Shown here: positions 8,317 to 17,495 of the stretch, in pieces
Numbering within the stretch: position 1 is the stretch's first letter
How the letters are laid out: each line of letters begins with the position of its first letter
Virus record (IMG/VR): IMGVR_UViG_3300045988_105340
Span: 1 to 43,306 of that record
Source: a virus
DNA length: 43,306 bases
Direction: 5' to 3' (one strand)
Position numbers and translations under genes: made by a program
The notes under the pieces: model-generated
Seen by the model: the letters and a program-made list of their open reading frames with translations, nothing else
Database searches by the model: none
Told to the model about the DNA's origin: nothing

Positions 8317-10689
8317 ATGGCTTCTATTAAAACAGTTATAAGCGTTCAAGACAGAATGACACCAGCATTCACCTCTATGAACCGTGCTTTAAATATTGTT
8401 ATAAGTTCATTTGAACAGTTACAAAGAGATTCAGGACGTGCAGTTGATACTTCTTCTATACGACAAGCAAGGGAAGAATTAGCACGTGCTGAAGTCACTA
8501 TGAATGGTGTTGAACAGGAAATTAGACAGGCTGCAAATCAGCAGCAAAATTTTAATACCAAGATAAAGCAAGGACAATCGGTTTCTGATGGACTTCTTAA
8601 AAAGGTTATGGGATTTGTTGGTGCTTATGCTGGTATACAGACAATAGGAAATATTGTTGGTTTGTCAGATCAAATGTCACAGACAACTGCTAAATTAAAT
8701 ATGATTAATGATGGTTTACAGTCAACTGAAGAACTTCAAAACATGATATTTCAATCGGCACAGAATTCAAGAGCAGCATACGGTGATACAGCTAAAACAA
8801 TTGCAAAATTAGGGCAAAATGCAAAAGATGCATTTAATTCAAATAAAGAACTTATTGCATTTGCTGAAACATTAAATAAAAAGTTTGTTATAGCAGGTGC
8901 TACACAAGAAGAAATATCAAGTGCTACATTGCAATTGACGCAAGCATTAGGATCGGGTGTATTACGTGGTGAAGAATTAAATGCAGTATTTGAGTCAGCA
9001 CCAAATGTTATTCAGTCTATTGCTGATTATTTAGATGTGCCAATTGGAAAAATTCGACAAATGGCAGCAGATGGTGAAATAACTGCTGATATTGTAAAAA
9101 ATGCAATGCTTTCATCAATAGATGAAACGAATGCACAGTTTAAACAAATGCCTGTTACATGGTCACAAATATGGGTTAAGTTTAAAAATAAAGCATTGAT
9201 GGCATTTCAGCCAATACTTGACAAAATCAATGAAGTTGCAAATAGTCATGGTTTTAATGCAATGTTCAATGGTGCTGTAAATGCAATTCGAATGTTTGGT
9301 AATGTAGCAACTAAAGTGATCGATGTTATAGCTAACGGAGCATCGTTTATAGCACAAAATTGGAGTATGATAGCACCTGTAATATATGCAGTAGCAGGGG
9401 CTATGGCTATTTATGGTGCGACAATTTTAGCTGTAAAGGCATATCAAACCGCTGCTTTGGCAGTATCATGGATGTACATTGCTGCATTAAGAATGAAAAC
9501 ATGGCTTACACAGGAAGGAATTATTGCAACAGCTACTCAAATAGGAGTGCAGATGGGGCTTAATGGTGCATTGGGTACTACAGTAGGTCTTATTTTTATG
9601 ATAGTAGCAGCGGTTTTAGCTGTTATTGCTGTTGTATTTATAGTGACAGCAGTTTGGAATCATTTTACTGGTGAAAGTGTAAGTGGCTTAGGAATTATTG
9701 TTGGTGCAGTTTACTGGTGTGGCGCTCTTATTCAAAATATTTTTATTTTAGTAATTAATATTATTTTAGGAGCATTTCAGCTTCTGGTTAACAGTATTCA
9801 GCTAGGTGCAGCAGCTATCGCATTTGTATGGCAGTTAATTTGGAAAACAATAGCGAACCTGGCTATAAGTGTTGCTGAGTGGGTTGTAAATAAGTGGAAT
9901 GAAGCAGTACTTAATATTAAAAAATTCTTTGCATTTTTAGGTAAAACTGGCGCACAGGCTTTTAAAGCTGTTGCAAGTGCGGCAGGAAGTGCAGCAACTT
10001 CTATCGCAAATGCATTCGTTGCAGGTGCTAACGCAGCTATTAAGGCAATCAACTGGATCATAGATGCAATCAATTTAATTCCAGGTGTTGATATTGATAA
10101 GGTTGATAAAATTGGCAAAGTTGACTTATCGTTTGATACCAGTGGGTTAGATACATATATATCACAAATGGATGGTATATTAGGTGAAACAGCGGAAAAA
10201 GTTTCGTTTGATAGATTTGAATATGATGCTTTTGAAATGCCAGATTTGTGGTCACCTGATTATGTTGACTTTGTTGATATGGGCGAAGCATTTGATAAAG
10301 GATATGCTCAAGGTGAAAAATGGCAAAATGATATAGGTGACTGGATGGGCGGACTTTTTGATAAAGGTGATAATCCGCTATCTGATCTTGAAAATAATTT
10401 TGGCGGTATCAAAGATGCAACTGATAAGGCAGCAGATTCAGGGAATAAGACCGCTGGAAACACTGCACAAATGGCTAAGACCATGAATGCATCAAGTGAG
10501 GATTTGAAATATTTAAGAGATATTGCAGAACGTGAAACAATAAATCGTTTTACAACTGCTGAAATAAAAATTGATATGAATAATAACAACACCATAAATA
10601 GTGATATGGATATTGATGGTGTCGTTGAAAAATTAACAGAAAGAGTTGAAGAAGAACTTCTTGCTACTGCTGAAGGGGTTCATAGTTAG
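8317..10689 (+). CDS. Tail tape measure protein
   Basis: 790 aa, with RBS aggagg. It has a coiled N-terminal part and a long central hydrophobic glycine/alanine-rich block, in the canonical position after the chaperone. Confidence 0.85.
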   Translation: MASIKTVISVQDRMTPAFTSMNRALNIVISSFEQLQRDSGRAVDTSSIRQAREELARAEVTMNGVEQEIRQAANQQQNFNTKIKQGQSVSDGLLKKVMGFVGAYAGIQTIGNIVGLSDQMSQTTAKLNMINDGLQSTEELQNMIFQSAQNSRAAYGDTAKTIAKLGQNAKDAFNSNKELIAFAETLNKKFVIAGATQEEISSATLQLTQALGSGVLRGEELNAVFESAPNVIQSIADYLDVPIGKIRQMAADGEITADIVKNAMLSSIDETNAQFKQMPVTWSQIWVKFKNKALMAFQPILDKINEVANSHGFNAMFNGAVNAIRMFGNVATKVIDVIANGASFIAQNWSMIAPVIYAVAGAMAIYGATILAVKAYQTAALAVSWMYIAALRMKTWLTQEGIIATATQIGVQMGLNGALGTTVGLIFMIVAAVLAVIAVVFIVTAVWNHFTGESVSGLGIIVGAVYWCGALIQNIFILVINIILGAFQLLVNSIQLGAAAIAFVWQLIWKTIANLAISVAEWVVNKWNEAVLNIKKFFAFLGKTGAQAFKAVASAAGSAATSIANAFVAGANAAIKAINWIIDAINLIPGVDIDKVDKIGKVDLSFDTSGLDTYISQMDGILGETAEKVSFDRFEYDAFEMPDLWSPDYVDFVDMGEAFDKGYAQGEKWQNDIGDWMGGLFDKGDNPLSDLENNFGGIKDATDKAADSGNKTAGNTAQMAKTMNASSEDLKYLRDIAERETINRFTTAEIKIDMNNNNTINSDMDIDGVVEKLTERVEEELLATAEGVHS

Positions 10690-10704
10690 AAAGGGGAGTT
10701 GTTT

Positions 10705-11427
10705 ATGGCTAAAGGATATAGTTTCTTTTTAGGAAGTTTACAGCTTCCTGTTCCACCTGAATCAATGGAAATGGTTATTAATAATCAAAATACAACAATT
10801 AATTTGATAAATGATCAGGAAGTTAATATTTTAAGAAAAGCAGGACTTACCGAAATATCATTTGATGCACTTTTACCGCAAACAAAATATCCTTTTGCAA
10901 CTTATCCTAATGGATTTAAAAGTGCTTCATATTTTCTTGAAGAAATAGAAAAACTAAAAACAGGTTTAAAACCGTTTCAGTTGATTGTGACACGTGCAAC
11001 ACCTAATGGCAAGCTGTTGTTTGACACAAATATAAAAGTGTCTTTAGAGGATTACACAATAAAAGAAGAAGCAGGAAATGGTTTTGATGTTAAAGTATCT
11101 CTGTCTTTTAAACAGTATGTTGAATATTCAACTAAAACAGTAAAAATAAATATAGAAGATAATCGAAAGAAACCAGTAATTAATCCCCCATCAAGACCTG
11201 CTTCTTCCAATGCATCCAATGTACAGCCGACTATAGGATGCAATGTAATTGTAAACGGGAGACTGCATCGTGACAGTTATGGAAATGGACCAGGACAAAC
11301 TCGAACCAATTATCAAGGTAAGATAAATTTTATTAAGACAGATGGAAGGTCGCATCCTTATCATGTCACAACACCTAGTGGCAGTTGGCTTGGCTGGGTT
11401 CTTCCAAGTGCGATAAGGGTGATTTAA
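10705..11427 (+). CDS. Tail / baseplate protein at the XkdP position, with a C-terminal SH3-like domain
   Basis: The ATG at 10705 has RBS ggggag. The N-terminus FFLGSLQLPVPPESMEMVI...NILRKAGLTEISF fits the XkdP-position family. I did not see a LysM motif. Confidence 0.5.
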   Translation: MAKGYSFFLGSLQLPVPPESMEMVINNQNTTINLINDQEVNILRKAGLTEISFDALLPQTKYPFATYPNGFKSASYFLEEIEKLKTGLKPFQLIVTRATPNGKLLFDTNIKVSLEDYTIKEEAGNGFDVKVSLSFKQYVEYSTKTVKINIEDNRKKPVINPPSRPASSNASNVQPTIGCNVIVNGRLHRDSYGNGPGQTRTNYQGKINFIKTDGRSHPYHVTTPSGSWLGWVLPSAIRVI

Positions 11428-12389
11428 TGAAAGTTCAATTATTGATACAGTGGCTTGATACCTGTTATGAACCTGTAACACTTGATGGCATAACTTGGAC
11501 ATTAGAAAGAAAAGGAACACCAGGAAAACTAGAATTTACAGTGCTTAAAGATTCTAAACTGAGGTTTGAAGAAGGTGCTTCGGTTCGGTTAAAAGTAAAT
11601 GATACTAATTTATTTTATGGCTTTGTATTTAAGAAAACATATGATAAAGATAAAAATATCAAAGTAACTGCGTATGATCAGTTAAGGTATTTAAAGAATA
11701 AAGATACATATGTTTACAAGAATAAAACCGCTACTGAACTTGTTAAGATGATTGCAGCAGATTTTAACTTAAATATTGGTCAGATGGACGATACGTATTT
11801 TAAAATTGCTACTAAAGTTGAAGATAACAAAACGTTATTTGATATTATTCAGGATGCACTTGATGATACTTTAGACAACAGAAGTGAAATATATGTACTA
11901 TATGATGATTTTGGCAAGCTGAGATTATCCTATATTGAGTTCTTAAAAGTTGGATTGGTTGTTGATGCGGAAACCGCAGAATCATTTGATTATTCAAGTT
12001 CAATTGATGGTGAAACCTACAATAGAATCAAACTTGTTAGAGAGAATGAAAAGACTGGTAAACGTGATGTTTATATTGCACAAAGCGGTGACAATATGAA
12101 TAAATGGGGTGTTCTTCAATACTTTGATACTGTTGATGAAAATGTCAATGCAGTTGCAAAAGCTAATGCACTTTTAAAGTTATACAATGAAAAAACCAAA
12201 TCATTGAAAATAAATGGTGTATTAGGCGATACAAGAGTAAGAGCAGGCTCACAAATTATTGTGCAGTTAGAATTAGAAGATATGAAACTACAAAATTTTA
12301 TGCTGGTTGAAAAAGTAACACATAAATTTGAAAACAATCATCACAGTATGGATTTGACACTGAAAGGAAACGGTATTTTTGATGGCTAA
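11427..12389 (+). CDS. XkdQ/YqbQ-like baseplate hub protein
   Basis: The ATG overlaps the previous stop (TAATG). 320 aa, with conserved order between the XkdP-like and XkdR-like genes. Confidence 0.6.
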   Translation: MKVQLLIQWLDTCYEPVTLDGITWTLERKGTPGKLEFTVLKDSKLRFEEGASVRLKVNDTNLFYGFVFKKTYDKDKNIKVTAYDQLRYLKNKDTYVYKNKTATELVKMIAADFNLNIGQMDDTYFKIATKVEDNKTLFDIIQDALDDTLDNRSEIYVLYDDFGKLRLSYIEFLKVGLVVDAETAESFDYSSSIDGETYNRIKLVRENEKTGKRDVYIAQSGDNMNKWGVLQYFDTVDENVNAVAKANALLKLYNEKTKSLKINGVLGDTRVRAGSQIIVQLELEDMKLQNFMLVEKVTHKFENNHHSMDLTLKGNGIFDG

Positions 12390-12873
12390 TTTGGTTGAAT
12401 TGATTAAACAGGCAGCAGTTGAAGCGGTGAATGCTTCTGATCCTGCTGCTTTTTATTTTGGTACTGTAACTAGTGATAATCCTTTGTCCATCAACGTTGA
12501 ACAAAAGATGGATTTAACAAGTGAATTTCTTATTCTAACTAATGCAGTGAAGGACCATGTTGTAGAAATGACAGTTGATCATACAACTGAAAATGTATCA
12601 CTTAATGCTGATCATACGCATGAAGTTGAATCAAGCGGTGATATAACTGTTACATCTAAACTGAATCCTGAACAACCAGGAACAACGATTGAAAATGAGG
12701 TTCAGAATACATCGTCAACATCAATAAGTGCAGTTAAAATTGATTTAACACATAAACACAGTTATAAGGGTAGAAAGAAGTTTACAGTTCATAATGCACT
12801 AAAAAAAGGTGAAAAAGTTGTAATGATAAAATTGCAAGGCGGTCAAAAATTTGTTGTTTTAGATCGTGTATAA
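12382..12873 (+). CDS. XkdR/YqbR-like protein (DUF2577), probable spike / central baseplate component
   Basis: The N-terminus ANLVELIKQAAVEAVNASDPAAFYFGTVTSDNPLSINVEQKMDL matches the DUF2577 pattern. Confidence 0.65.
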   Translation: MANLVELIKQAAVEAVNASDPAAFYFGTVTSDNPLSINVEQKMDLTSEFLILTNAVKDHVVEMTVDHTTENVSLNADHTHEVESSGDITVTSKLNPEQPGTTIENEVQNTSSTSISAVKIDLTHKHSYKGRKKFTVHNALKKGEKVVMIKLQGGQKFVVLDRV

Positions 12874-12888
12874 AAAAGGGGGAATGTT

Positions 12889-13296
12889 ATGATTCCACAG
12901 AATGAATATGAATTAGAAAATGATGCTGCTTTAGATATTGAAGAAATACCGACACCAACACCTAGGATCATCATAGAAAAAAACAGGCTAATGGGTTCAT
13001 GTGATGGGCTTGAAGCAATTAAACAGGCAGTATATTTAATCCTAAATGTTGAAAGGTACAGATATGTAATTTATTCATCGAATTATGGAGTTGAATTTGA
13101 TGATCTGTTAGGTAAACCAGTTCCATATGTACTGCCTGAATTAAAAAGAAGAATTGAAGAAGCATTGACACAAGATGATCGAATTACAGGTGTTGATGGT
13201 TTTGAGTTTGAGACAAAAAAAGATACAGTGCATTGTACATTTACAGTACACAGTATTTTTGGGAATTTTGCAAGTGAAAGTGTGGTGAATATTTGA
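12889..13296 (+). CDS. XkdS-like baseplate wedge protein (DUF2634, gp25/W-like)
   Basis: GSCDGLEAIKQAVYLILNVERYRYVIYSSNYGVEFDDLLGK ... DDRITGVDGF matches the DUF2634 signature. Confidence 0.75.
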   Translation: MIPQNEYELENDAALDIEEIPTPTPRIIIEKNRLMGSCDGLEAIKQAVYLILNVERYRYVIYSSNYGVEFDDLLGKPVPYVLPELKRRIEEALTQDDRITGVDGFEFETKKDTVHCTFTVHSIFGNFASESVVNI

Positions 13297-14381
13297 TGTA
13301 TGAAAATATTACTTTTGAAAAACTGATGGAAAGAGCAGTTGCGAGAATTGAAGAACAAAACTCTAATGTTGACACAAGAGAAGGTTCTATTGTCTACAAT
13401 GCTTTAGCACCAGCTATTTATGAAATTATGGGAATGTATATTGAGATTGACAGAATCATGAATGAAACATTTGCTGATACTGCATCAAGAGAATACCTTA
13501 TCAAAAGAGCAGCAGAACGTGGTATTATTCCACAGCCTGCAACAAAGGCTATTTTAAAAGGGGTATTTACCCCATCTGCACTTGAAATTCCTATTGGTTC
13601 AAGATTTTCATTAGAAAAACTAAATTATACAGTTATAGAAAAAATTGGTGATGGTCAATATCAGTTGGAATGTGAAACTGCTGGTGAAGAAGGTAACCTT
13701 CATTTTGGACAGCTTATTCCAATTAACTATATTGATAAGTTGGAAACCGCTGAACTTGTTGAATTGCTTATTCCTGGTGAAGATGAAGAAGATACCGAAT
13801 CAATAAGAAAAAGATATTATCAATCATTAGAAGCTGAAAGTTATGGTGGTAACAAAATTGACTATAAAATTAAGGTTGGGTTAATAAAAGGTGTTGGCGG
13901 TGTTAAAGTCTATTCAGGTCATGAATGGAACGGCGGTGGGACTGTCAAAATCGTTATAACTGATTCTGATTTTGAAAAGCCTACGGATACATTAGTGAAA
14001 TCGGTTCAAAAAGAAGTTGATCCCGTTGCTACACCTGGTGAAGGTATTGGGATAGCCCCTATTGGACATATAGTAACTGTTGTAGGTGTTAATGAGGTTG
14101 AAATAGATATTAGTACCCAAATAATTTATCAGCCTGGATATTATTTTGAAGCTGTTAAAACAGATTTAGAAAAAGCAGTTGATGAATATTTACAAGGTTT
14201 GAATTCAGTTTGGGAAGATGAGAATAACATTATTGTTCGTATATCGCAGCTTGAAACTAGAATTTTAGGTGTAAAAGGTGTTCTTGATGTCATGAATACA
14301 ACAATCAATGGGGTATCAGAAAATTATACTGTTCACAAAGACAGTATTGTTAAAAGAGGTGAATTAACCGATGGAAACTAG
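13293..14381 (+). CDS. Baseplate J-like protein (XkdT-like)
   Basis: 362 aa. The N-terminal DTREGSIVYNALAPAIYE is a typical baseplate J motif. It overlaps the previous gene by 4 nt. Confidence 0.85.
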   Translation: MMYENITFEKLMERAVARIEEQNSNVDTREGSIVYNALAPAIYEIMGMYIEIDRIMNETFADTASREYLIKRAAERGIIPQPATKAILKGVFTPSALEIPIGSRFSLEKLNYTVIEKIGDGQYQLECETAGEEGNLHFGQLIPINYIDKLETAELVELLIPGEDEEDTESIRKRYYQSLEAESYGGNKIDYKIKVGLIKGVGGVKVYSGHEWNGGGTVKIVITDSDFEKPTDTLVKSVQKEVDPVATPGEGIGIAPIGHIVTVVGVNEVEIDISTQIIYQPGYYFEAVKTDLEKAVDEYLQGLNSVWEDENNIIVRISQLETRILGVKGVLDVMNTTINGVSENYTVHKDSIVKRGELTDGN

Positions 14382-14826
14382 ACTTATTAGTTATCTTCCA
14401 CCTATTTTACAGAATATCGAAGAATTTAAGGCGCTATATGGAACTGAAGATTATGAAATTGATGATCTGTACGCTGCACTTGAGATTCTTTTAAAGGATC
14501 AGTTTGTGCATGAAGCAACTGAAAATGGTATCAAAAGATGGGAGAAGATTTTAAAGATTATTCCTGGGGCTTCTGATACCTTAGATATGCGCAGATTTGA
14601 AATTTTAAATCGTTTGAATATCAAGATACCTTATACTATAACGATGCTTCGAAACAAAATACAAGCATTGTATGGGAGCGATTGTGATATTAAATATATC
14701 AATGATACTTATACATTGAAAATTTTTGTTCCTGCTATCGTAGATAAGGAACTTTTAAATTTACAAAAAATGTTAGATGTGATTATTCCAGCTAATTTAA
14801 TTGTTAACATTATCATAAATGAATAG
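14371..14826 (+). CDS. XkdU/YmfQ-like baseplate protein (DUF2313)
   Basis: YLPPILQNIEEFKALYGTEDYEIDDLY...QFVHEATENGIKRWEKIL matches the DUF2313 pattern. Confidence 0.7.
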   Translation: METRLISYLPPILQNIEEFKALYGTEDYEIDDLYAALEILLKDQFVHEATENGIKRWEKILKIIPGASDTLDMRRFEILNRLNIKIPYTITMLRNKIQALYGSDCDIKYINDTYTLKIFVPAIVDKELLNLQKMLDVIIPANLIVNIIINE

Positions 14827-14846
14827 ATAGAAAGGATGAGGAAATT

Positions 14847-15053
14847 ATGAAATTTGAAAACAAAGTTTATGACACTTTAAAGTACGTGGCACAGGTGGTA
14901 TTGCCATCAGTTGGAACGTTGTATTTTGCACTTGCAGGGATTTGGGGGTTACCATTTGGAGAAGAAATTGTTGGTACAATCACTGCGATTGATGCGTTTT
15001 TAGGTGCTTTATTAATGATTTCAACCAGCCAATATAAAAAAGGGAAAGAATAG
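14847..15053 (+). CDS. Holin (Dp-1-type)
   Basis: 68 aa. YDTLKYVAQVVLPSVGTLYFALAGIWGLPFGEEIVGTITAIDAFLGALL resembles the Dp-1 holin family. It lies upstream of the endolysin. Confidence 0.7.
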   Translation: MKFENKVYDTLKYVAQVVLPSVGTLYFALAGIWGLPFGEEIVGTITAIDAFLGALLMISTSQYKKGKE

Positions 15054-15322
15054 TGGATGTTCCAATGTCGCAAGGTGAATTCTATGTATTATTATTTGGT
15101 GCAATTAGCGGCTTAGCAGTTGTTGTTGCACCGATTTTAAAACTTAATTCTAATATAACGAAATTAAATTCCAATATGGAGTATTTGAATCGTAACGTCG
15201 TAGAGAGTGAAAAAAGAATCAATGATATAGCCCAACAACAAAATATGACGGATAAAGTTCTTTATGAACATAAATATATCCTTAAAAATCATGAAGATAG
15301 AATTGATAAATTAGAAAAATAA
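15053..15322 (+). CDS. Membrane-anchored coiled-coil protein in the lysis cassette (holin accessory; XhlA-like by size and position only)
   Basis: It has one N-terminal TM segment (FYVLLFGAISGLAVVVAPIL) and a coiled tail ending HEDRIDKLEK. The topology is reversed relative to XhlA as I recall it. The start may be the ATG at 15065. Confidence 0.4.
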   Translation: MDVPMSQGEFYVLLFGAISGLAVVVAPILKLNSNITKLNSNMEYLNRNVVESEKRINDIAQQQNMTDKVLYEHKYILKNHEDRIDKLEK

Positions 15323-15363
15323 GAGTGGTTGAATACTGCTCTTTTAAATTGGAGGAAAACAAG

Positions 15364-16350
15364 ATGAATATTTTAATTTTAAATGGACATGGTGCTGGAG
15401 ATAGTGGTGCATTAGGAAACGGGTATAAGGAAGCTGATTTAACAAGAGAATTAGCTGATTTAGTTGTTTTTAAGCTAAATACCTATGCAAAGGTATATCG
15501 TTACCCAAGAGAAAGAAACGCTTATAAAGACATAAAAAACGGGGTATTTACAAAGTGTTTACCCGTTGCATTTGATAAAATTGATTATGCTTTTGAAATT
15601 CATTTCAATGCTTTTGATGGAAATGCAAAAGGAACTGAAATTTATATCACTAAATTAGAAAAAGGATATTCAGTTGAACAAGCAATCGTTAATAATATTG
15701 CTAGTATTGGATTTAGTAATCGTGGAGTAAAAAGAAGTGATTTTTTAGTTATTAAAACATTAAAAAATAAAGGTGTATCAAGCGCATTATTAGAAACTTG
15801 TTTTATTGATAATGCTAATGATATGAAAACATATCAAGAACATAAGAATGATATTGCACAAGCTATTGTAAATGGCATTGTAGAAAGATTTGGATTAAAC
15901 GGAACATCTAAACCAGTAGAACCTACCCCACCACAACCAGCTAGAAAAACAGTTGCTGAAATTGCTAGAGAGGTTATTAATGGAGCATGGGGAAATGGAC
16001 AAGATAGAACTAATCGTTTAACAAACGCTGGATATAACCCTAGTGAGGTACAAGCCGAAGTCAATCGACAATTAGGAGCAAAGCCTACACCGCCAAGTAA
16101 ACCATCTAACAATTCAAAACCATTAGGTACATATGAAGTTATTGCTAGTGATTTAAGTGTTAGAACTGGTCCTGGAGAAAATTATAGAAGAAAAACATAC
16201 AATGAATTAACCGCTGATGCAAAAAAACATGATTATGATAAAGACGGATGTCTAAACAAGGGTACTCGTGTTACTGTAAAAGAATGGAAAAACGGGTTTG
16301 CACGTATTCCTAGCGGATGGGTAAGTGGCGATTATCTAAAAAAGGTTTAA
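15364..16350 (+). CDS. Endolysin: N-acetylmuramoyl-L-alanine amidase (Amidase_3) + Cpl-7-like repeat + SH3b
   Basis: The ATG at 15364 has RBS ggagg. NILILNGHGAGDSGA...EIHFNAF...LETCFIDN is Amidase_3. IAREVINGAWGNGQDRTNRLTNAGYNPSEVQAEVNRQLG is a Cpl-7 repeat. The C-terminal VRTGPG...GWVSGDYL is SH3-like. Confidence 0.85.
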   Translation: MNILILNGHGAGDSGALGNGYKEADLTRELADLVVFKLNTYAKVYRYPRERNAYKDIKNGVFTKCLPVAFDKIDYAFEIHFNAFDGNAKGTEIYITKLEKGYSVEQAIVNNIASIGFSNRGVKRSDFLVIKTLKNKGVSSALLETCFIDNANDMKTYQEHKNDIAQAIVNGIVERFGLNGTSKPVEPTPPQPARKTVAEIAREVINGAWGNGQDRTNRLTNAGYNPSEVQAEVNRQLGAKPTPPSKPSNNSKPLGTYEVIASDLSVRTGPGENYRRKTYNELTADAKKHDYDKDGCLNKGTRVTVKEWKNGFARIPSGWVSGDYLKKV

Positions 16351-16354
16351 TATT

Positions 16355-16600
16355 ATGTTTAAAAAGAAATTCGACACTATCGATACTACTATTTTTATTC
16401 TCTTTCTAACTGTATTTGGTCTAAGTTTCACTACTCTTTATAAGGACTATCAGAAAAGTAATTTAGAGGTTAGGTTAGAATTAACAAAACAGGAATTACA
16501 AGATACTCAATGCGATAGAGATTATTATCAAGGGCAGTATAAAAAATATTTTGAACTATCCGAGGAACTCCAAAATCAGATGGGAGTTTACGCACAGTGA
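16355..16600 (+). CDS. Hypothetical single-TM protein downstream of the endolysin
   Basis: 81 aa, with TM segment IFILFLTVFGLSF followed by a charged helix. The RBS is weak. Confidence 0.45.
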   Translation: MFKKKFDTIDTTIFILFLTVFGLSFTTLYKDYQKSNLEVRLELTKQELQDTQCDRDYYQGQYKKYFELSEELQNQMGVYAQ

Positions 16601-16752
16601 GAATAATTCTAGTTAACAATGCTAAAGATTTAGATGGATTTCTTTTACCGTTATGCTTTTTTGGCGGGAATACCCGACTATTAGAGGAAAAAGAAAAGAC
16701 CTGTATCATTCAATGCGATTATGAAATTGCTGAAGTATTAAAAGAGTACATA
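16597..16752 (+). CDS. Possible 51-codon ORF, GTGA-coupled to the previous gene (very uncertain)
   Basis: The GTG overlaps the TGA stop, with gggag 11 nt upstream. The product is (M)RIILVNNAKDLDGFLLPLCFFGGNTRLLEEKEKTCIIQCDYEIAEVLKST. No family was recognised, and it could be a gene remnant. Confidence 0.2.
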
Positions 16753-16755
16753 ATA

Positions 16756-16790
16756 AAACCCTAGCCTTAATCGGTTAGGGTTGTTTTTTT
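16756..16790. terminator. Bidirectional terminator between the lysis cassette (+) and the membrane moron (-)
   Basis: The stem aaccctagcc / ggttagggtt has a 6-nt loop. A T-run follows on the + strand, and TTTTATT follows on the - strand. Confidence 0.75.
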
Positions 16791-16795
16791 ATTGT

Positions 16796-17392
16796 TTATT
16801 TTTTACTGTGTTCATTCATCCATGCAGTTTCTGCATCAATATCACTAATAATAGTTTGTTCAGCAAAACTAAAGTGAACACATTTATCACCAGCAAATCT
16901 GAATTTATAGTAAGTATCTATATCATGGTTTTCAACATATCCAGTGAAATATTGAACTTGTGAATTTTCATCAACCCAATTTTTTGATTCAGTCCATTTA
17001 ATATTAGGTGATTCACCAATCATAGTTGTTAGTGCTTCGACAACATAAGCAAAATTGTCAATATCTTCATAATTAAATATGTTTGTTTCTTCTTCTTTTT
17101 TTACTTCTTCTGTTTTGTTTGATTTAGCTGATGGATTACTATTGGAAACGTAGTATATTGCATATCCAAAGCCACAAATTGCGACTAATGGAATAATTAA
17201 AAACATCTTTTTACTAAATTTTAGATTCAATTTCCCATTAAGTTTTAAAAATCCAAAACCAAATAATACAATCGCACCAACACCAGCAGTTATCATATCA
17301 GTTGATCCATTTCCCTGTGAAATTTGAATTGGTATCGTTATTGCACCACTTATACACATAAACAAACAAAACCACTTTAGAAATTTTTTCAT
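16796..17392 (-). CDS. Membrane protein (3 predicted TM segments plus a C-terminal soluble domain); lysogeny-end moron and candidate superinfection-exclusion factor
   Basis: 198 aa, with RBS gggaggg and its own promoter. It is located between the lysis cassette and the integrase, on the lysogeny strand. Confidence 0.65.
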   Translation of the reverse strand: MKKFLKWFCLFMCISGAITIPIQISQGNGSTDMITAGVGAIVLFGFGFLKLNGKLNLKFSKKMFLIIPLVAICGFGYAIYYVSNSNPSAKSNKTEEVKKEEETNIFNYEDIDNFAYVVEALTTMIGESPNIKWTESKNWVDENSQVQYFTGYVENHDIDTYYKFRFAGDKCVHFSFAEQTIISDIDAETAWMNEHSKK

Positions 17393-17416
17393 TTATAAAT
17401 CCCTCCCTTTGAGCTA

Positions 17417-17445
17417 ATTATACATTAATAATTTTAACTGTTCAA
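17417..17445 (-). promoter_or_regulatory. Sigma-A-type promoter for the membrane moron
   Basis: The minus strand reads TTGAAC - 17 nt - TATAAT, about 25 nt upstream of the ATG at 17392. Confidence 0.55.
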
Positions 17446-17495
17446 TTAATGAAATAAATAACAATCATTTTACTTTTTGTAGAGGTAACTAATCA

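Noticed and set aside
9163-10595. Several ORFs of 64-106 codons antisense to, or out of frame with, the tape measure gene (9163..9357, 9360..9563, 9798..10118, 10070..10291, 10308..10595).
   Set aside because: They lie entirely inside a well-supported 790-aa gene, lack an RBS, and have low-complexity translations typical of the shadow frames of an Ala/Gly/Ile-rich gene. The same reasoning applies to 961..1203, 4504..4722, 6751..6966, 11052..11520, 12116..12504, 13083..13358, 14867..15073, 15834..16112, 24197..24407, 40331..41090 and 41862..42801.
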